Assembly: GCA_016906335.1 (NCBI GenBank)
Contig: JADEYG010000015.1
Coordinates: forward strand, 186,001 to 250,000
DNA length: 64,000 nt
Direction: 5' to 3'
From: Novakomyces olei
Lineage: Eukaryota
The notes under the pieces: model-generated
What the model saw: only the letters and a program-made list of their open reading frames with translations
Databases searched by the model: none
What the model was told of the DNA's origin: nothing
Part shown: positions 59,128-64,000 of the stretch, piece after piece
Layout: every line of letters starts with the position of its first letter
Numbering within the stretch: the first letter of the stretch is position 1
Translations under genes and position numbers: made by a program

Positions 59128-59305
59128 TTAGGCGATAACGCTGCTATTAGTAAAAGAATAATAAAAATGATTGAAGCAAACACAAATTCTCAACTTACCA
59201 TCCATAGTAAGGATGGGCGCGTTCAAGGTTGTTGCTCTGAGCGCCAGAGAAAAGGTCATCGGCCTTGTTGCCAGAGTCGGCGATGTTCTGTGCGATGGGC
59301 TGCAT
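59128..59305 (-). CDS. CaaX-type (M-factor/a-factor class) lipopeptide mating pheromone precursor, 39 aa; exons 59305-59199 and 59140-59128
   Basis: Spliced MQPIAQNIADSGNKADDLFSGAQSNNLERAHPYYGCVIA*; canonical 58-nt intron GTAAGT...TACTAATAGCAG splits the Cys codon TG|C; upstream TATA. Confidence 0.85.
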
Positions 59306-59389
59306 GATGATTGAGAAGAGAGAGTGTTTGGTGTTTAAAGACCGTTTGTGATTGAAGAATGTGGATGCTGTTTGAAGGTGCAGAGCTGC

Positions 59390-59400
59390 TGTTTATATAG
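59390..59400 (-). promoter_or_regulatory. TATA box of the pheromone precursor gene
   Basis: Minus-strand CTATATAAAC about 90 bp upstream of ATG 59305, followed by a CA/CT-rich leader. Confidence 0.7.
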
Positions 59401-59442
59401 ACATTTCTCTGGGTGTGCGCATGATTGTATAAAGAGCCTTTG

Positions 59443-59673
59443 TCATTCACTAGCCATTCACAACGTAGCATAGTCTTTTCAAGGACTGGGTTTGCCTTGC
59501 ACCTTGTATTTTGCCATTCAGAACCATTCACAGAACGTGCGCCGGTGAAAGACAGCCCATTCACACTTTGTAGTAAGGTTCTTATCGGATTACCTTTGCC
59601 CATTCACGAGCCATTCACGAATTCTAACGTGTTTTCATTCTGCGACCTTGGCCATTCACAAATTGCATTCACA
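59443..59673. promoter_or_regulatory. Array of nine CATTCA (six exact CCATTCAC) motifs upstream of the pheromone gene
   Basis: CCATTCAC at 59454, 59524, 59557, 59600, 59611, 59652; variants at 59443, 59514, 59665; all in the same orientation. Confidence 0.7.
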
Positions 59674-59863
59674 AATTCTCTACTGTTCTTTTATTGCTTT
59701 CCCTTTTGCCATAAACAAAAAGACGTTTCTATTTTTCCTACATTGTTTTGAAGGCTTCCCTTCGAGTCCAAGTATCTTCCTTTGTATTTGTTAATCCAGC
59801 TGAAACACAAAGGCTTTTGTCATTGGCTGCAATATACAAATTGAAGTCTTTTCACCCACCCAC

Positions 59864-59900
59864 CCATTCATTCATTCATTTATTCATTCATTCATTCATT
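59864..59900. repeat. (CATT)n tetranucleotide repeat
   Basis: CCATTCATTCATTCATTTATTCATTCATTCATTCATT visible directly. Confidence 0.85.
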
Positions 59901-60592
59901 GACGAATGATATAGCATTATTGCTTTATTTTGCGCGTTCACAAATGCTTCTCCATGATATCCACCTTATCTCTTTCTGTTTATTCATGTGATTTTTATTC
60001 GAAGACTATTCGGCAAACAGCTCGGCGCAATAAAAAGAATCACACTGGCTCCTTTCGCCTTGTATTATTACTGTTTGACTACTCTTCAAGCTAATAGGAG
60101 AATGAGCAAGTTGAATAGCAGAAATTTCATAATCACAACCTGGTAGGATGCCTTGCAATCAATACTCGTTGGGAATTGTGAGTATAAGAAAAGATATCTG
60201 TTACGAGGCATATATCGATGAAATGTAGATCTTTTGAATTGAAGTAGACCGAAAAGGTTTCCAGACGCATAAACAAATGGTTGTAAAAGCAAACGGCAAT
60301 GTCTTTGATACAAGTTAAATTAGCCCATATCAGCTTTTCATAAATTCTGACGTTAGAAGGGCTGTCACACGATACATGTATATTGCGAATACTCAAAGCG
60401 CTATAATCAGTAGTCAATTTGGGTTTATTTCAAGGTGCGTCGATCACCTGAATAAATTTGGGCGTCATTGACCAATAGGTCGGACAAGACTCTAGTCTTG
60501 TTCAACGCCGATTATTGGATCGTTGATCCATTTCATTCAACGGCGGAGAAACACAGACTATTCATTAAAAAATAAGGCAAAATTCGGTTTAA

Positions 60593-62322
60593 ATGAATTC
60601 TGCATGGAAAACAACAGCGGCAGCAGTTGCCACTGCTACTGCTTTTATTCTATGGCGTTCATATCTGGCTCCATTCAGTGCGACGGAGAAAAAACTGCTG
60701 CAAAATAATGGTGAGTCCGCAAAAGAAGGAGAAGAGAGAAAGGATAATTATTTAATGAAAAATATACATTTAATGAGCAGTTCGTTCGCGGCAATTTTAT
60801 CACGTATAGTTACTGACTTTCAAAAGTAGAGTCCGAGTTTCTACGGAAGAATTCACGAAGGCTTATATTTGCGCTAGCCGATGTCGATGACAGCGGTACC
60901 TACGATGTACGCGTCTTTGCGCACAATGTGACGCGTCCAGTAACCGTTGTTTTCATACACGGGTTGGGCGGCAATGTGCAACAATGGGAGCCTCAATTAC
61001 GCGCTTTCTGCGACCAAGGCTATGGCGTAGTAGCCATAGATCTACCGGGCCACGGTGCGTCAGCTTTTGCTCCCAAACAGTGGGCAAGCTATGAGAGCAC
61101 ACGGCTCGTACGTGTAATAGAACACTGTCTACATACTCTAGGGCTGGCAAACAAGATTGTTTTGGTAGGACATTCTATGGGGTGCCAGTTGGTGGGCAGA
61201 CTGGCGTATCAGTCTGGCAAAACCAGCAAACAAGTCGCAGTTGACGGCAAACAGGTATTGAGCAATATTACTGGTGTAGCACTTCTCGCTGGCCGGGGCC
61301 CCGTGCCTGTAACCTCGGAGATGGCAGCCGTGCGAAGGATGGTTAATATACCGGATTTTTTGTTCAACGCGTTCCGTCGTCGCGATCGGGCGGAAGGTCC
61401 CGATTCTAAGAGCGTAAGGAGAATGGTATCAAGCACGGCTTCGCGGTCTGTACGCACGCAGCAACTCGTATGGAATTTGATGTCAAAGACTCCAGTATGG
61501 AAACGGACAGTGAGCGGTTTAAAGCCGGCTACTGCGGCTGAATGGCAGGAATTGCGAGTACCCGTGCTTGTAATTGCCGGTCAAGATGTAAGTTTATTTG
61601 CAATTACTTCTATAAAGGAGTGCCTGGACAAGTGTGGTCAACACAGCCCTGGTTTGTCCGGCTCTTGTGGTTTACACCTATCATTTGTATCCTTGTCGCG
61701 TCTCTTTAGTTGACACAACAGGACCGTGTTGCACCGCCTGAACAGTCCGAGCTAATAGCAAAGCTGGTCCCAAATTGTCGTGGATACGTTACAGTTCCCA
61801 ACGCCGGACACAGTCTTATGCTCGAAGCACCAGAAAAGGTTTGTTTTGTAGATTTTTATTGTCTTGAGGCCTGTAGTCTACGTATCCAAAAGCGCGGTAA
61901 CGCCATTCTATTCATTCTTCTCTCCTATGCTCTTAGTGTGTCTATACATTATTCTGGCGAGTTTGCTTTGATTGTTCACATTTTTTCATTTAAGCATATA
62001 AATTCAAATATTGTTTTACATTATATTTAATTATTATTATCGTCGCATTTAACATTTACTTGAATTTTACTTGTTTTTACACGTATTTTTAATTAATCTC
62101 TATTTTATTTCTATTTTATTTCCATTTTATTTCCATTTTATTTCTATTTTATTCCTATTTTATTTCTATTTCGCTTTTGTCCACCCGTATAGAATATATG
62201 CGCCTCGACAATTCTGCCTTGTGCGATGTCGGCGCAGCGCCTCCAAGCGTCTCTTTATTCCATTGGACAAAACTGACTTTCAGATCAATGAATTGCTACT
62301 CTCGTTCGTCGCGTCACTGTGA
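60593..62322 (+). CDS. Alpha/beta-fold hydrolase with an N-terminal membrane anchor; exons 60593-60710, 60830-61587, 61722-61838, 62284-62322
   Basis: FIHGLGG oxyanion motif, DLPGHG, GHSMG nucleophile, AGQD|D acid, GHSLMLEAPEK His; open spliced frame. Confidence 0.9.
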
Positions 62323-62410
62323 GCGAGTCAATTTGGCCTCGTCAATTGCAATGCGCTGAATGATAAATACGAGATTCGAGTGACGTCTTCACTGTAAAGC
62401 ATCCATCAGT

Positions 62411-64000
62411 ATGTGTGGTCCGCTCGAGGTGCTAACACTGGTGGTATTTCTATTGGTAATAAGACTGATTTAAAGAAAAAGATACAAGGTTACCAATAAA
62501 CTAAAGGAAATTTGTTTCTTCTTATTTTTGATACTTTTTTTTTATATTTTATATTTTTGAATGACGATTCTAATCTCAAGTCCTCAGCGTTCACTGTAGC
62601 CCCTCTGCGATTCAAGGCTCCCGTGCCCATATTTTCTCAGGGCGAATGGACACGGAAAAAAGCGCGCTTACGTATTGACAAGGCGACAGCACCAGTAGCA
62701 GCAGTTTTATTATTATGGGCTGCTCAGGCTATCGACGCGCGGACAGTGAGACGGGGACTCGCTGGTACCGATGGAGTCGAGCCATATAGCATAATGCTGC
62801 TCTTCCTGTCGCTAGCTTACTTGGCCACGTCTCTGGATATGTCTGGAGCTTTACAGGCTACTGCACTATGGATTTGCGACCGGTACCACACAAGCGATGG
62901 GCGAGTAACTTTTACAGCCTTTTATGCAATGGTACTTTTGCTCGCTGCCGTTGTGGGGAATGACGCAGTTATTCTTACAAGCACGGTTTTTCTCATTTAT
63001 TATACGCGTGTGGCCGAAGTTTCTTACTTGAGTTGGCTTTTCTCGGAATTTCTTGCGGGCAATACGGCATCTATGGTGCTTTTCACTGGCAATGTCACTA
63101 ATTTAGTTGTGTGCCAGGCGTTTGATATTAATTACGCTGCTTTTACTGCATATTCTATTGTGCCTTTTATTGCTTGCTCTATCCTTGGGTTTGTTGCGTG
63201 TTTTCTCCAGTTCGCTCAACCGCGATATATCCCCCGGGCGGCTAATCGGCCGGGAATGGATCCAAGAAGCGTTCTGATTGATCCATTAGCGGCCGTTGTG
63301 GGATTTGCCACTATTATTGTGTGCCTGGCAGTGGTGATTGCTTTGTCTTTTAAGGGTAAGATATGGTCTCATGATTGAACACAATAATAAAAATAAATAA
63401 AAAAGAAGAGCACAAAAGAAGAAACTTCAAGTTTTGAATCAATTCAATGACGTAAAATTTGGAAATTTTGATATACAATTTCATCTACAATTGTTCAACA
63501 TATACAAGAACGCGGCTTTGCATCAATGAAAGAATACTTTTGAAATAGAAAACAAAAGAGGAGAAACAGCTTTTATCTGCCAATTCAATACCTTTAGTAC
63601 CACCATAAATCTATTTTCAACGACTAATACCTCAGATGTGCCTGTATATGTGATCAGTGTACCTTTTATGGTCGGAAAAATGCTTTTTGACATATTTCGT
63701 GACGAACAACGTCATCAGCCTCGAGCTACTTCTACAACGAGTACGAGTCAATTCTTCCTGTCCCTTATCGATAGGTACCCGACTTTTATGACTTCCACAA
63801 GGCGGCTTCCCTTTTCGTTGCTTCTTTTCGCATTTTGCCAATTTATTCTGGTCGAGGCTTTAGACAAACGCGGATGGATAGTCATTTTTTCCACTTGGCT
63901 CGCTCGCATTTCGGGCACGTCAACCTCTCTAAATATTATAGTTGCTCTTGTGGGGACAGTGATATTGTGCAATTTTGCTGGTACAAATATAGGCGCCACT
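62411..64000 (+). CDS. ArsB/CitMHS (ion transporter superfamily) membrane transporter, 3'-truncated; exons 62411-62455, 62581-63355, 63636->64000
   Basis: LFLSLAYLATSLDMSG, GNDAVILT, NTASMVLFTGNVTNLV, RLPFSLLLFAFCQFILVEAL, LCNFAGTNIGAT. Confidence 0.85.

Noticed and set aside
59095-59751. ORF-track calls 59095-59307 (+), 59256-59603 (-) and 59425-59751 (+)
   Set aside because: Non-ATG starts with no protein features; better explained as antisense of the pheromone gene and its motif-rich promoter

Overview
Eukaryotic, gene-dense fungal chromosome segment with about 30 genes, many short GT-AG introns with CTRAY branch points very close to the acceptor, and extremely AT-rich, microsatellite-filled intergenic DNA. 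Protein similarities (Rum1, Zip1, Pct1, M-factor-like pheromone, Duo1) suggest an early-diverging ascomycete (Taphrinomycotina, fission-yeast-like); this is inference and the species cannot be identified. Most genes are conserved housekeeping genes, and exon structures were reconstructed by hand. The standout is a gene absent from the ORF track: a two-exon 39-aa CaaX lipopeptide mating-pheromone precursor (59305..59128, minus; MQPIAQNIADSGNKADDLFSGAQSNNLERAHPYYG-CVIA). Its Cys codon is split by an intron, and its promoter holds nine same-orientation CATTCA motifs. Other notable points are a start codon split by an intron (egd2), a GC-AG intron plus in-frame uORF in slt11, a consistent rule for skipping branch-proximal AGs, ~300-bp (TTA)n tracts that make up nearly whole intergenic regions, a MutL homolog without an endonuclease motif, a P450 with a long multi-TM N-terminus, and an intron-containing tRNA-Thr(TGT). 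No CRISPR array or transposon was recognised.
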